A DNA stretch of 64,000 nt from Octopus sinensis (lineage: Eukaryota), in contig NC_043021.1 in NCBI RefSeq assembly GCF_006345805.1, forward strand, positions 14,632,001 through 14,696,000, read 5' to 3'. The notes under the pieces are model-generated. The model worked only from the letters and a program-made list of their open reading frames with translations. It had not been told where the DNA came from and searched no databases. Numbering within the stretch: the first letter of the stretch is position 1; each line of letters opens with the position of its first letter. This document shows positions 39,982 to 53,003 of the stretch, in pieces. The position numbers and the translations under genes are program-made.

Positions 39982-40482
39982 CATACATACATATATACAC
40001 ATACATACATATATATATACATACATATATACATACATAATATATATATATATACATACATATACAACATATACATATACATACATATATATATATTATA
40101 CATACATATACATATACATATATACATATATATATATATACATACATATACATACATATACATATACATACATATATATATACATACATATATATATACA
40201 TATACATACATATATATAATACATACATATATATACATACTATATATATACATACATATATACATACATATACATACATATATACATATACATACATATA
40301 TATATACATACATATATACATACATATATATATATACATACATATATATATACACATACATATATACACATACATATACATACATACATACACATACATA
40401 TATATATACATATATATATATATACATACATATATATATACATATATATATAATACATACATATATTATATATACATACATA

Positions 40483-40522
<40 letters not shown>

Positions 40523-40690
40523 CATACATAAATGGCAGTGCCCCAGCATGGCCACAGCTCATGAGCTGAAACTAGATATAATAAATAAAATAAAAAATAT
40601 ATATGTGTATATATATATGTATGTATATGTATATATGTATATGTAGATATATATATGTATATATATATATATGCATATATATATGTATGT
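39283..40690. repeat. ~1.3-kb compound (TA)/(TACA)/(CATA) microsatellite with a SINE tail fragment at 40530-40590
   Basis: Directly visible; source of the YI/VC-repeat ORFs. Confidence 0.95.
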
Positions 40691-40691
40691 A

Positions 40692-40960
40692 TCTCTATAT
40701 ATATAAAACTGAGAATGTGTCTGTCTGTGTGTTTCCCTAAAACTTGAGAACTACACAACCAATTTCATTCAAATTTTACACATGCCTTACTTAGGGTCCA
40801 TGTAGTTTCATGGGCAAAAAAATGTTCAACTTCTTGCCTAGGGTGAGCCCATAGCAATATCATATCTTCTCCACTATTTCAGTATTACATGTTAAAAGTG
40901 AAACAAAAACATTTCTCTATTTTATGTCAGATGCTTTCACTTTAACAATAAAAATAATAA
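40692..40960 (+). mobile_element. Helitron-type 5' end fragment
   Basis: A|TCTCTATATATATAAAACTG start, same as the element at 3887; 3' end not identified. Confidence 0.55.
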
Positions 40961-42329
40961 TAACAATTGAATCATATGTAGTAAGTAATAATTAAAATCA
41001 AACTAAAGTATAATATAATCGTAACATAACAAAAGTAAAAATAGCAGTTGGTATAAAATTGCATCAATGATTTGAATTTGAATAAGTGGTTTCACATGAA
41101 TGGGAATAAATTAAAAATAAAATTAGCGTGCAGAAATGGAATAGTCCGATGGAGCTGTGCTTTTACATTAGATTATCTGCTAATTAGACAGCATTAAGTA
41201 TCTATATGATGTTTGGCTGTATGTAATATCTGTTTTCTCGAACAGCCGCTCCTATAGAATACTGCTGTTGGTTTATTTCTTATACATAAAGGACTAAAGC
41301 TTCAACTGCTTACTGCATTCTGGCTCATCGTAAGGTTTGATGTTATTATTATTACTGTTTAACTATTGTTATCACGTTTGTTGGTTCCTCGTAAAGGAAA
41401 CATTGTTGTGTTGCATTTGTTAAATAATTGTAACCCTCCCCCTTTGGGAGAAGGAGCTTTGGTTATTGTTTAAAAATTGAATTGTGTCCCTGTTTGGGGT
41501 AATTGACAATATTTTCACCGTTTACACGGAAGCATTTTTGTTAGAATGCCTTCGACAAAAGAAAGTCCAAAAATGAATTTCGCTGCAGCCGTTGGCGGGC
41601 GCGAACTCATTGAAATTAAAATGGAAGAAATACGGATTGATCACCGACAAAGACGGTGAATCTAGGATAACACCACCAAATGAAATAAAAAATTAAATTA
41701 AAGAAAAGACTATTGTCTATAAAGTATACAATATAGAGAGAAAAAAAGATTTGAACACCTGGAGGAAAGCACCATCGAAAAGTGTCTTGGTGCAACTATG
41801 AAAGATATCTAACCAGAGGTGGTAAATTCGCCACAACAGAAGCAAGGTTCGAGTCAACGGAGCGTGCAAGGGAGTACTTGACTCGAACCTTGCAAAGTGG
41901 AAATATTTTATTTTTACCTTTATATCTGGGACATAGGACGTCCCAGATAAAAATTTAAAATATCCCCCCTGAAGTAGAGGTAGGCTGGATTGTAGCCACA
42001 CTACAAGAGGGAGGACAAGATCCAATTGATCGAAATTGCAAGAGACGAGCCTACAATTCCAGTCTGTTATATATTTTGAGTATTGTTATCACTAGCGATA
42101 TTAAGATATAACTTTGTATTTTGTGTGTAGATGTATATATATATATATATATATTGAATATATATATATGTACAAATCATCAAGATTGTCTAACGTCCAT
42201 CTTCCAATGCATGCACGGGTAGGACAGTTGACAGGAGCTGGCCAGGGTACTGTGAACGGAGTATTTTTTACATGACACTCGCTCAGGCAAGGTAAAAAGC
42301 ACTGAATGTATGTATGTATATATATATAT

Positions 42330-42712
42330 GTATTCTTTTATTTGTTTCAGTCATTTGACTGTGGTCATGCTGGAGCACCACCTTTAATTGAACAAATTGA
42401 CCCCAGGACTTATTCTTTTGAAGCCTAGTATCTATTCTATCATACGCTTTTGCCAAACCGCTAAGTTATAGGGATGTAAACACACCAACATTGGTTGTCA
42501 AGCGATGGTGGTGGGGTGCAAACACAAACACACACAAACATATATATATGACGGGCTTCTATCAGTTTCTGTCTACCAAATCCACTCACAAGGCTTTGAT
42601 CGAACCGAGGCTATAGTAGAATACACTTGCCCAAGGTGCCATGCAGTGGGACTGAACCCAGAACCATGTGGTTGGTAAGCAAGCTACTTCCCACACAACC
42701 ACTCCTGTGCCT
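42330..42712 (-). mobile_element. SINE family A copy
   Basis: Full-length match. Confidence 0.85.
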
Positions 42713-42839
42713 ATATATACACACACATATATATATATACGCACATACATACATACAAACATTTACATACAGAAAATATATGTGAGAGCTGTATGTATAC
42801 ACAAGTGTATACCTACATATGCTGACATAAGTTCCTTAC

Positions 42840-42922
42840 TTTTCCTGATGAGAAGGCAGCATAATGCACCCCTTATTCCTTCGAAATTAGGAATATGCAG
42901 CCTTCGAAACATATGCCGAAAA
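42840..42922 (+). ncRNA. Type I minimal hammerhead ribozyme motif (Penelope-like), with U16.1>C change
   Basis: uuuuc-CUGAUGA-[stem II g.aaggc.a.gcaua / uaugc.a.gccuu.c]-GAAA-C-AUAU-G-CC-gaaaa; stem I and stem II pair; 1-bp stem III with a palindromic AUAU loop. Confidence 0.75.
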
Positions 42923-43649
42923 TAAAATAAAGGAATTTTGTTAATTCGTCGTTCAACTCCATTCTTTCATTTATTTGTATTCAAAAAAAGATACACACAT
43001 ATATACATACGGATATATATGTACACACACACACATGGGCACAAAATGCTTACACATATGAGACAAATGACAAAATCTGGCTTAAAGTGAATAACAAACA
43101 GGATACATATGTGAACCAGACTGATCGAAACAAAAGAATCAACTTATGAATGTTTGATTGAATTGACATTACAATCAAAACATGATCTTTGGGACAGTGT
43201 TAGGGGTTCGATGGTGTGAAGGGGGTGGGGCAGGGCCTGATGTAAGTTCATTTAGTTTAGGTAGCGGGGAGAAAAGAGATGTTTTGGAGGCGACTCGGTG
43301 TCTTGAGACATCTGAGTTTCTTTGTGTAACTTTTATTTGTTACATGACTTGTGTTTTTCACACAGAAATGATTTATTCTCAGAAAAACATGAATGAGGGG
43401 ACAACCAAGTTATGGGAATGGGATATCTTCATAGAAAAACATTTCTTTATATTTCCTTCTCACTTATTATTAATATTATTATTATTACTAATATTAAGGC
43501 GGTAAACTGGCAGAATCATTGGCATGCCGGGGAAAATGCTTAGCAGCATTTTAACCATCATTGTGTTCTGAGTTCAAATTCTGCCAGGATCAACTTTGCT
43601 TTTCATCCTTTGGTGGGATTTGATAAATTAAGTACCAGTGAAACACTGT

Positions 43650-43682
<33 letters not shown>

Positions 43683-44066
43683 CTTATCATCATCATCATC
43701 GTTTAACGTCCGCTTTCCATGCTAGCATGGGTTGGACGGTTCAACTGGGGTCTGGGAAGCCAGAAGGCTGCACCAGGCCCAGTCTGATCTGGCAATGTTT
43801 CTACGGCTGGATGCCCTTCCTAACGCCAAATTCCTTCCTAATTCCAAAACTGAGTTACAGATTTAGACGTATGGGGTATCAAAAGATTCAGTACTATTTC
43901 AGCTCCAAATTAAACTTAATTTCCATTCACATATTTGCATATCAAAAATTTAACATTATAATCTTTTCCATAAATCAACTATTGTAAAAATGTTATATGA
44001 TGACGTCACATTTTCTGTATGTGTGTGTGTACCTTAAAAGACATCAATCATCATGACACACACCTT

Positions 44067-44097
<31 letters not shown>

Positions 44098-44189
44098 GTC
44101 CATTTCATATAGATGTACATACATCTTTCACTTTCTTTCTCTGTTCTTTTCACTTTCTCTTCTTTCAATTTCTGCTCTCTTCAAATAAA

Positions 44190-44900
44190 ATTTTACGGAA
44201 TGAGCGATAGAAACACAGAAACGACATAATCTCTCCAGAAACAAGTATAAAGCAAGGAAGATTATAGAAAACCGAAGGCAAGAGTATGAAGGGAGAAGAG
44301 ATTTTCTCAAGGTCAGCAAATGCATGTTGCAATACTTAATGCTGAATCATTAATTCAATGTTTTAATGATAAGACAGAGGTCCAGTAGAATAGCTCTTAG
44401 AAACAGACTACGTACAAATTCATTCTTCACAACTTCTGAAGCTGTTTTCAGACATGATCCATCCCATTCTTATAAAAATAACTCTGTCGAAATTGGTGTG
44501 CTAAACACAAATTGTCGTTTATGTAGAGCTTTAACATTTTCAAATGAAACAAATGGTATATGCTGCTCAGGCAGTCAGGTAACATTGCCAGCACAACCAA
44601 CTCCTTTTCAACCTCTTACGAATCTTCTAGAAAGCACTTCCATCCAGTCAAAGGATTTTCTGAACAATATCAAACAATACAACTCTGCATTTCAAATGAC
44701 ATCGTTTGGTGCATCTAAGAAGATAGATAAACATGAATTTACGCTGATGTCAAAGTTCAAGGGCAAGTCTATCAACTCGTTGGTTCCCTGTTACCTGCAA
44801 ATGAACAACCGCAGATCCTCAAACTTTACTTTATGAGTGATGTAGGACAATAAACCTGACGGAAGTGTCAAAATTTCAGATGATGCATTGTGTTAGACAC
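44190..44900 (+). mobile_element. Helitron Rep-helicase N-terminal relic
   Basis: IG...CRLCRALTFSNETNGICCSGSQVTLP...FLNNIKQYNSAFQMTSFG, then after a frameshift KVQGQVYQLVGSLLP...LYF: Helitron N-terminal motifs. Confidence 0.85.
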
Positions 44901-45091
44901 AGCGCCGACAGCTGCAAAGGAAAGTATACCTGCTGACAATATCCACTGACAATAACTAAGTGGTTCAACAAAAGAGGCTGATAGAATAAATAACAGACTT
45001 CACAAAAAAAAAAAGTCCTGAGATTGATTCATTCAATTAAAATTCTTCGGGGCATGGTCAAATGAGTGAAACAAGTCAGAGATAAAAGATA

Positions 45092-45660
45092 TAGGTACAG
45101 GTGTGACTGTGTGACAAGAAATTCACTTCCCAACCGGAAATGAATGGTTCTGAGTTCAGTCCTACTGTGTGGCGCCCCATGCAAGCTTAGTCTATTGCTT
45201 CGGGCTGACCAAAGCCTTGTGAGTGCATTTGATAGATGGAAACTGAAAGAAGCCCATCGTGAGTACGCACGCACACACACACACACACACACACAATATA
45301 TATATATACACACACACATACATACATATTCACACAACATACATACACAAATACATAAACACATGAGTGTATATATATATATATATAAAATACATATAGC
45401 TATATACACATGCCTACATGTGTGTGTGTATGTATCCATTTGTGAGAGTGTGTATGTGTGTGTTTATTCTCTCCCACCAATGTGGCCACTTGACAGCTGG
45501 TGTTGGTTTGTTTACATCCCTGTAACTTTGCAGTTCGGCAAAAGAGACCAACAGAATAAGTACCAAGCTTTAAAAAAAGAAAAAAAAAAGAAAAAAGCCA
45601 CTAGGGTCAGTTGATTCAACTGGCTAAAATCCCTTGACCAATGACCAAAACAAGTAAAAA
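45092..45660 (+). mobile_element. Diverged SINE family A copy with expanded central microsatellite
   Basis: Head and tail match. Confidence 0.7.
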
Positions 45661-46239
45661 GAAATAAGAAAAAGAAATATATATATAGATTTTATATATA
45701 GAGATATATAATTACCCTGATATTAGTACTATGATGATGATGATGACACTGATGATGGTGATTATCAAGTCGCTGTCTACATATCTGTTGGGGCTCTTTT
45801 AGCTGTAAAGGAACTCCACTGCTTCCATACAAAAACTGTTATGGTCTGTCTAAGTAATCCCAAGTAGAGGGCAGTGACAACAACAACAACACTACTACTG
45901 CTGCTGCTAGTAGTAGTAGTAGTAGCAAAATGGTTGTTCTTTAATTATGATGGGAATGTCAGTTATGTGTTTGTATGTATATTCTTGTATGTGTGTTTGT
46001 GAGCATGTGTGTATGAGGAGGGGGGGTCATGTGTGAGTGTAAGTTAGGGTTAGTTTTGTAGGTTTAATGTGGTGAGGCGAGGTGAGGTGAGAGGAAGGAG
46101 AGAGAGAGAGAGAGAGCAGTTGTCTGAAGGTAGTTAGAGTGAGCGTGGTGGTGGAAGGATTCCTCTGTAGCTAGGTAACTGACGTGTTTGGTGTCAGAAG
46201 TGTAGTCAGGTTTACAGTAAGAGAGGATAAATGGGGAGA

Positions 46240-46362
46240 GAAAGAGAGAGGAAAGACAGAAAGAGAGGCTGTGAGGAAGAAAGAGAGAGGAAAGACAGAA
46301 AGAGAGGCTGTGAGGAAGAAAGAGAGAGGAAAGACAGAAAGAGAGGCTGTGAGGAAGAAAGA
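46240..46362. repeat. 3 x 39-bp purine-rich tandem repeat
   Basis: aagagaggct recurs at 46261, 46300, 46339. Confidence 0.85.
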
Positions 46363-46718
46363 GGAGAGAGAGAAAGAGATAAGACAGAAAAAAAGAGAAA
46401 AGAAAGGAGTGAGAGAGAAAAAGGAAAGAGCTGTATAGGACAAAGAAAAGGGGTAGAAAGGAGGAAGAGGGAAAAATGAGAGAGGGACAGGACTGATAAA
46501 GAAAAAAAAGAAAAGGGCGGATATAAAAGAAAAGGAGAGAGACAAGACAGAGAAACACAGATATGAAATAAAGATGAGAGAGAGAGTAGAGTGTTCTGGT
46601 TTGTAGTGTAAATTGGAAATAGACATGCAATGATTTTTTTATTGAAGTAACAAGGATCTGAGATGTCCTCCTGCACAGATGGTGGTGGCGTTGGGGGATC
46701 TGATTGCTGGAGTGTGTG

Positions 46719-46752
<34 letters not shown>

Positions 46753-46835
46753 GAAATGCATGTATCAGCATGTTTTTGCATGCAAAACATGCTTGTAAAT
46801 GTGCATGTATTATATATATATATATATATATATAT

Positions 46836-47712
46836 ATTACTCTTTTACTTGTTTCAGTCATTTGACTGCGGCCATGCTGGAGCACCGCCTTTAGTCGAGC
46901 AAATCGACCCCCGGGACTTTATTCTTTGTAAGCCCAGTACTTATTCTATCGGTCTCTTTTGCCGAACCGCTAAGTGACGGGGACATAAACACACCAGCAT
47001 CGGTTGTCAAGCAATGCTAGGGGGACAAACACAGACACACAAACATACACGCACACACACACATATATGTATATATACATATATATGACAGGCTTCGTTG
47101 TGGGAAATGGAAGGTTCAATGTTGCAGAGGGCTTTGTGGTTTCTTTCCAGACAGAAATTTTTCTATTAAGTTTGATGATTTTGTGTAATACACACACACA
47201 CCCATACAAGACGGGCTTCTTTCAGTTTCCATTGATCAAATCTACATGCAAAGCTTTGGTCAACCTGGGGTTATATAAGCTTATATACACACACACACAT
47301 ATATATATTGTCTTATTTTTTGTTTGTTTCGGTCATTAGACCGAGGCCATGATGGGGCATTGCTTTAAAGAGTTTTTAGCCAAATGAATCGACCCCAGGA
47401 CTTAATTTCTTTGGCTAAGCCTCGTACTTATTCTATCAGTCTCCTTTGCATAACTGCAGAGTTACGAGGATGCAAACATACCAACACCGGTTGTCAAGTG
47501 GTGCTGGGGGGACAAACAGACACAATGACACACACACACACATATATATATATATACGATGGGCTTCTTCCATTGTTCGTTTAACAAATCCGCTCACAAG
47601 GCTTTGGTTGGCCCAAGGATATAACAGAAGACATTTTCCCAAGGTGCCATGCAGTGGGACTGAACCCAGAACCATGTGATGAGGAAGCAAGCTTCTTACC
47701 ACGCAGCCACCC
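46836..47712 (-). mobile_element. Two SINE family A copies (46836-47090 truncated; 47310-47712)
   Basis: Consensus matches. Confidence 0.8.
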
Positions 47713-47796
47713 CTGTGCTGATATGTACTGACCCTGGTCTTTATTTGGTAGCTTCTTTGAAGAAATTTTATCAGACACTCAATGAAGACAATAATG

Positions 47797-48195
47797 GCAC
47801 ATGGTCTAGTGGTTAGAGCCTTGTGTTCATGATTGCAAGGTCATGATTTCAATTCCCAGGCCAGCAGGTGTGTTGTGTTTTTGGACAAAACCACACCTCA
47901 TTTCAGTTCACTCAGCTGTAAATGAGTAACCTTGAAATGGACTGACATTCCGCCCAGGGGTAATGTTGTGATTTCATGGAGGCGCATGGCTTAGTGGTTA
48001 GGGTGTTGGACTCATGAGTGTAAGACTGTGGTTTTGATTCCTGGACCAGGCAACATGTGTTTTTGAGCAAAACACTTCATTTCATGTTGCTCCTGTCCAC
48101 TCAGTGGGTGAAAATGAGTAACCCCGCGATGGACCAACGTCCTGTCCAGGTGGGGAATTTCTACGGAAATCAGGAAACTGACCCTTATAAGTTGG
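47797..48195 (+). mobile_element. Two tandem tRNA-derived SINEs of family E (ggcgcatggcttagtggttagg...gatggac..cgtcc.gtccag)
   Basis: A/B-box head and CORE/V-like central block; related copies at 17145-17240, 29125-29350(-), 39100-39280. Confidence 0.7.
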
Positions 48196-48374
48196 TATGA
48201 TCCAAGAAGGAAGCTTTACCTTCACCTTTAATGTTGTGGTCTTGGTCAGTTTATGTGCTATGGAAACCAGGTGACCAATCCTGTGAGTCCTAGGAGTTGA
48301 GGCAGTAATGTCCAGGGTTGATGATGATGACAATTATAATAACTGCTGAAACGTTCATTTGAGTTCTCAACAAT

Positions 48375-48845
48375 GATAATCCTTTCTGCAATAGGAACAA
48401 GGCCAGGGTGAGGGGACTAGTTGATACATTGACCTCAGTACAAGACTGGTATTTATTTTATTGACCCCCGAAAGGATGAAAGGTAAAGTCAACCTTGGTG
48501 GAATTTGAACTCGGAATTTAGCGACAGGCGAAATACCGCTAAGCATTTCACCCAGCGCATTAACGATTCTGCCTGCTCGCTGCCTTTATAACGATAATAA
48601 TAATTATTTCAAATTTTTGCCACAAGGGTAGCTTGGGGGAGGTGGGGATGAGTTGATTACATCAACCCCAGTGCTCAACTGGTACTTATTTTATCGACCC
48701 CGAAAGGATGAAAGGTAAAGTCGACCTTGGTAGAATTTGGTTTCCATAGCACATAAACTGACCAAGACCACAACGCAGTAACAGGTGAAATATCACTAAG
48801 CATTTCGTCCGGTATGCTAATGTTTCTGCCAGCTCGCCGCCTTTA
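48375..48845 (-). mobile_element. Two family-B SINE copies (48375-48590, 48605-48845)
   Basis: Consensus matches; the second carries a templated insertion. Confidence 0.85.
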
Positions 48846-49911
48846 TAACAATAATAATAATAATAATAATGATGATGATGATGATAAAAAAGATAATAAT
48901 GATTTCTTTCTTTTTTTTTCTAAAGTTTATAATAAGGAATATAAAAAGAGGTGGATGATGAATAATTAACGATAAAAGTCTATAGGAAAAGAGAAGCTGG
49001 GGAGGGAGGGTGTTTCGGAGCAGGAAATGGGGGCAGTTATTCTGGGCACCAAATGATTACTAAGCTGTACTAAGGAACTGTGTGTGTGTGTGTGTGTGTA
49101 TGCGGAGGAACACAGGCACACACATACATACAGACATGCATACATGTGCCGCCTCGCTGTGATAAGCCAAATTTAATGCAAGCCATGATGCCATCTCAAA
49201 ATAAATCAAGCAACCACTACCACCACCACCTCCTCCTTCCCCTTTCTCCACTACCACCACCTCCTCCTCCTCCTTCCTCTTTCTCCACTACCACCACCAC
49301 AACCTCCTACACAATTAATTTGCGTCTTTTCTCTTAAACAGAACACGGCTTAATCTCTATCAAATCTAAAAGTCACCATTCTAAGACCTTCTTCTCTTCC
49401 AAGAATACCATCTTCAGTGCCAACTCCTCCCTCAACCATCTCGCACAGAAATTCTTCAGTTTTCTCTTCCTCTGTCAGCATTTTTCTTAAGTCTACAAAA
49501 TACTTATCTCACTTGTATCATTCAAGTTGCTATTGTAATTTTTAATTTTGTTCTCACAACAATTGCATCTGCATAATTCCCCCAGCACTTCATTAGTGCA
49601 CACTAATTAACTATTTTGGTCCCAATTAATATAACATGTTTATTTTTTCACAAATCATTTAAATTAGTGCCTTTTTTTTTTTTTTTGCTTCGTTTTGTTT
49701 CTTTTGCTCATTTCAGTCATTTGACTGTGGCTGTGCTGGAGCATCGCTTTGAAGGGTTTTAGTTGAACAAATTGACCCCCACCCTCCTGGCCACCAGGAC
49801 TGTTTTTTTTTTTTAAAGTCTAGTAATTAATCTAGTGGTCTCTTTTGCCGAATTGCTAAGTTACAGGGTCATAAACACACCAACATTGATTGCGGGAAAG
49901 GGACACACATA

Positions 49912-49942
<31 letters not shown>

Positions 49943-50910
49943 TGCCCTTCCTAACAACAAATACCTTACATAGTGGACTGACTTTTTTATGTACCACTAT
50001 ATATATATATATATATATAGACGTTTATGTATTTGTTGTGCAAGATTTTTTATGCGGTCACAGTGTGACGAAAGAACTCTGGCCGAAATAAGATTAAGAT
50101 TAATGTAAATAATAAATAACACTGAAGCAAAATAACACCAAATATATAGTGCGTGTGTTTTTATTGGCTAAACTGGCAAAATGACCATTCCGAAATATAA
50201 CAATATATATATATAAATAAATAAATAAATGTGTGTGTGTGTATTTATGTACGTATATATATATATATGTATATATATATATGGTATAATTATAAACAGG
50301 ACAAATTCTAGCCATTTCTCCACAGACTGAAAAAGTGACGAACAACCTTAATCGATTTTCGAACCTTTATATATGTATGTGTGGCTGAGTTACCACTCAG
50401 CCACACATAGTAGCTTACTTCTCAACCACATAGTTCCGGGTTCAGTCCCACTTGCAGTTTGGCAGGAGAAACTGATAGAATAAGTACTAGGCTTTAAATG
50501 AAACAAATCCTGGGGTCAATTTGTTTGACTAAAGCCCTTCGAGGCGGTGTTCAAGCTTGGCCACAGTCAAATGACTGAAACAAGTAAAAGATATGTACGT
50601 GTCACCCAGGACATCCAATGGTCAGTGTTAGAAAGGACATTCAGCCATAGAAACTACACTGAAGCAGACACTGTAGTTTGATGAAGTCCTCGGGCTCTTT
50701 GAATACTGTCCAAGTGTCCACCTGAAGCTAGCATGGAAGACAGACATCGAATGATGATGAGGATAAGGATATAGGCAAATATGAGTGTGGGGAAATGCAC
50801 GTGTGTGTGTGCGTGCGTGCGTAAATACATCCAGTGGTAATGTACAGGTAATGAAGAGTAAAGACAATTTAATTCGGTTAGCTGAAACTAAAACTATATG
50901 AGTTACTTAA

Positions 50911-51225
50911 CCCTTTCGTTACCAACCCGGCTGAAACCGGCTCTAGCTCTTTAGTACAAATGTCTTGTTTTCATAAGTTTTGAATTAAAATCTTCCACCA
51001 GGGTGGAATTTAACCCTTTTGTTACCATATTTCTTTTGAGGTGCTCTGTTTTTCTTTCAATTAATTTTAGATATAACAAAGAATTTAGTAAAATAACTTA
51101 GTTATCATTCAGCTAATGTTAGGAACATAAATTGTGACTAAGTTATTTTACTAAATTCTTTGTTATATCTAAAATTAATTGAAAGAAAAACAGAGCATCT
51201 CAAAAGAAATATGGTAACAAAAGGG
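50911..51225. mobile_element. piggyBac-type (TTAA) MITE rearranged by an inverted duplication
   Basis: TTAA|CCCTTT(C/T)GTTACC ends at 50907, 51010 and (reverse) 51229; 105-bp inverted repeat. Confidence 0.75.
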
Positions 51226-51261
51226 TTAAATTCCACCCTGGCCTTCATTATTGAACCACAA

Positions 51262-51400
51262 TAATAACAGCCACAGATTATGGTAATGCTGTCACTCTCT
51301 TTATAGATGCGGTCTCAGAAGCTTCCACTCTTCTACATGACCTTGGAAAAGCAGCAAGAATTATTGATCTTTACGTCTCTGCAGTACTGGCTTAGAACAA
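51262..51400 (+). mobile_element. Degenerate RTE RT relic (post-YADD region)
   Basis: Frame ITATDYGNAVTLFIDAVSEASTLLHDLGKAARIIDLYV resembles DYADDIALL.D...AQ.LL..LE.AA..IGLYVN. Confidence 0.5.
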
Positions 51401-51789
51401 GGGCTTACTGGGCAGTTGTCTGAATGGTCTCACGGGTTTGCATAGAAAAGAATGTGCACGTACAAGTGCTAGGTTAAGAAGCTCACTTGGCAACACTGAG
51501 GGTTAAGGTTCACTCCCACCGTGTGGCACCTTGGGTAAGTGTCCTGTACTGATGTTAATCTATGTATATCAGAGTTGTGTATATAAGGGTCCCAGAATGT
51601 TGCTACATTCAGGGTCTACAATTCTGTTAAGACAAATTTATGTCTATATCTCAAAAACGAACAGATCTACAATCAGGGGCAGGGTTTAGCAAACATTATC
51701 AAAGAAAACCCTTCAAATCTGTAGATTCCTTGGTAACAGTATTCACAGAAAAAAAAAAACACCCAAAAAATGTACAGGGATAGTTGCGT

Positions 51790-51950
51790 GTTTGAAATGC
51801 TTGTTCAGTAATGACGTGGTTTTGGGTTCAGTCCCACTGCGTGGCACCTTGGGCAAGTGTCTTGTACTATGACCCTGAGTTGATCAATTCCTTGTGCATG
51901 AATTTGACAGTTGAAAACTTGGTGGAAGCGCATCTTGTGTGTGTGTATGA

Positions 51951-51981
<31 letters not shown>

Positions 51982-52200
51982 AGTGTGTGCTTCATCCCCA
52001 CTACCAGTCCAACAACTGGTATTGGTTTGTTTACATCCTCATAACTTAGTAGTTCAGCAAAAGAGACCAATAGAATAAGTACCAGACTTATTAAATATGT
52101 ACTTGGGGGATGATTTGTTCAAATAAAACCATTCAAGATGGTGCCCCAGCCTGGTCACAGTGCAATGACTGAAACAAGTTAAAAAAAAAAAGATAAAAAA
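51790..52200 (+). mobile_element. Diverged SINE family A copy
   Basis: Head and tail match. Confidence 0.75.
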
Positions 52201-52938
52201 CATTTTATCCACCTTTCAGTGACCTTTTTCCTAAGACAGCTATGCTGTGATTTGAAGGAGATTTAACTTCTATTTCTAGCTGGTCAACAACTGTGCAGTG
52301 GAGGGGTCCCTCATCAGCATATAGAGCAGTTTATTAGGGTTCATGCTGCAGAAGATGATTGCTGTCACACCATCTAGCACAACAACATCAGACACCACTG
52401 CCATTTAATGTCTGATTTCCATGTTGGCATGAGTTGGACAGCTTGACAGGAACTGGCAAGGCCAGGGACCACACCGGGTTCCATAATCTGGAAGCCCTTC
52501 CTAATGCCAACCACTTTACAGAGTGTACTGGGTGCTTTTTAGATGGTACCAGCACCAGTGCCCACACCAATGATTTCTATGTGGCATCTGGTTGTAGGAT
52601 AGAGGGGATGTTTTTCCCTTTTTTTTTTGTACTTGCTGGGGGTCCAGAGAAAGATGCAGTGTCTGTGGTGTATTTTGGGCCCTCCAAGACTTGGTGAGAT
52701 TGATATCATTAATGATCTTGAACCCTTCCTTGTAAACCAACATCTGCAGGACTGGCATGAGCACGGTGGGAATTCCAGAGGGATGGAGACTGGAGGAGGA
52801 AGGATTGGGAGGAGTGATTAGTGCAGAGCCTTGTAGAGAGGAAGGGGTCAGTCACAACAAAAAATGATGAGAGGAGGAGAGACAAGTGGAATGGGAATGC
52901 ATGAAAGGATGTGGCATAAGCCACACACACAGACATCA

Positions 52939-53003
<65 letters not shown>

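Noticed and set aside
39181-40758. Long ORFs (up to 430 aa) of YI/VC/HT repeats
   Set aside because: Translation of TA/CA microsatellites; the same applies to ORFs at 23643-24476, 27692-28820 and 54837-55197.
46064-46885. 273-aa Leu/Phe/Ser-rich ORF
   Set aside because: Antisense of purine-rich repeats plus microsatellite.
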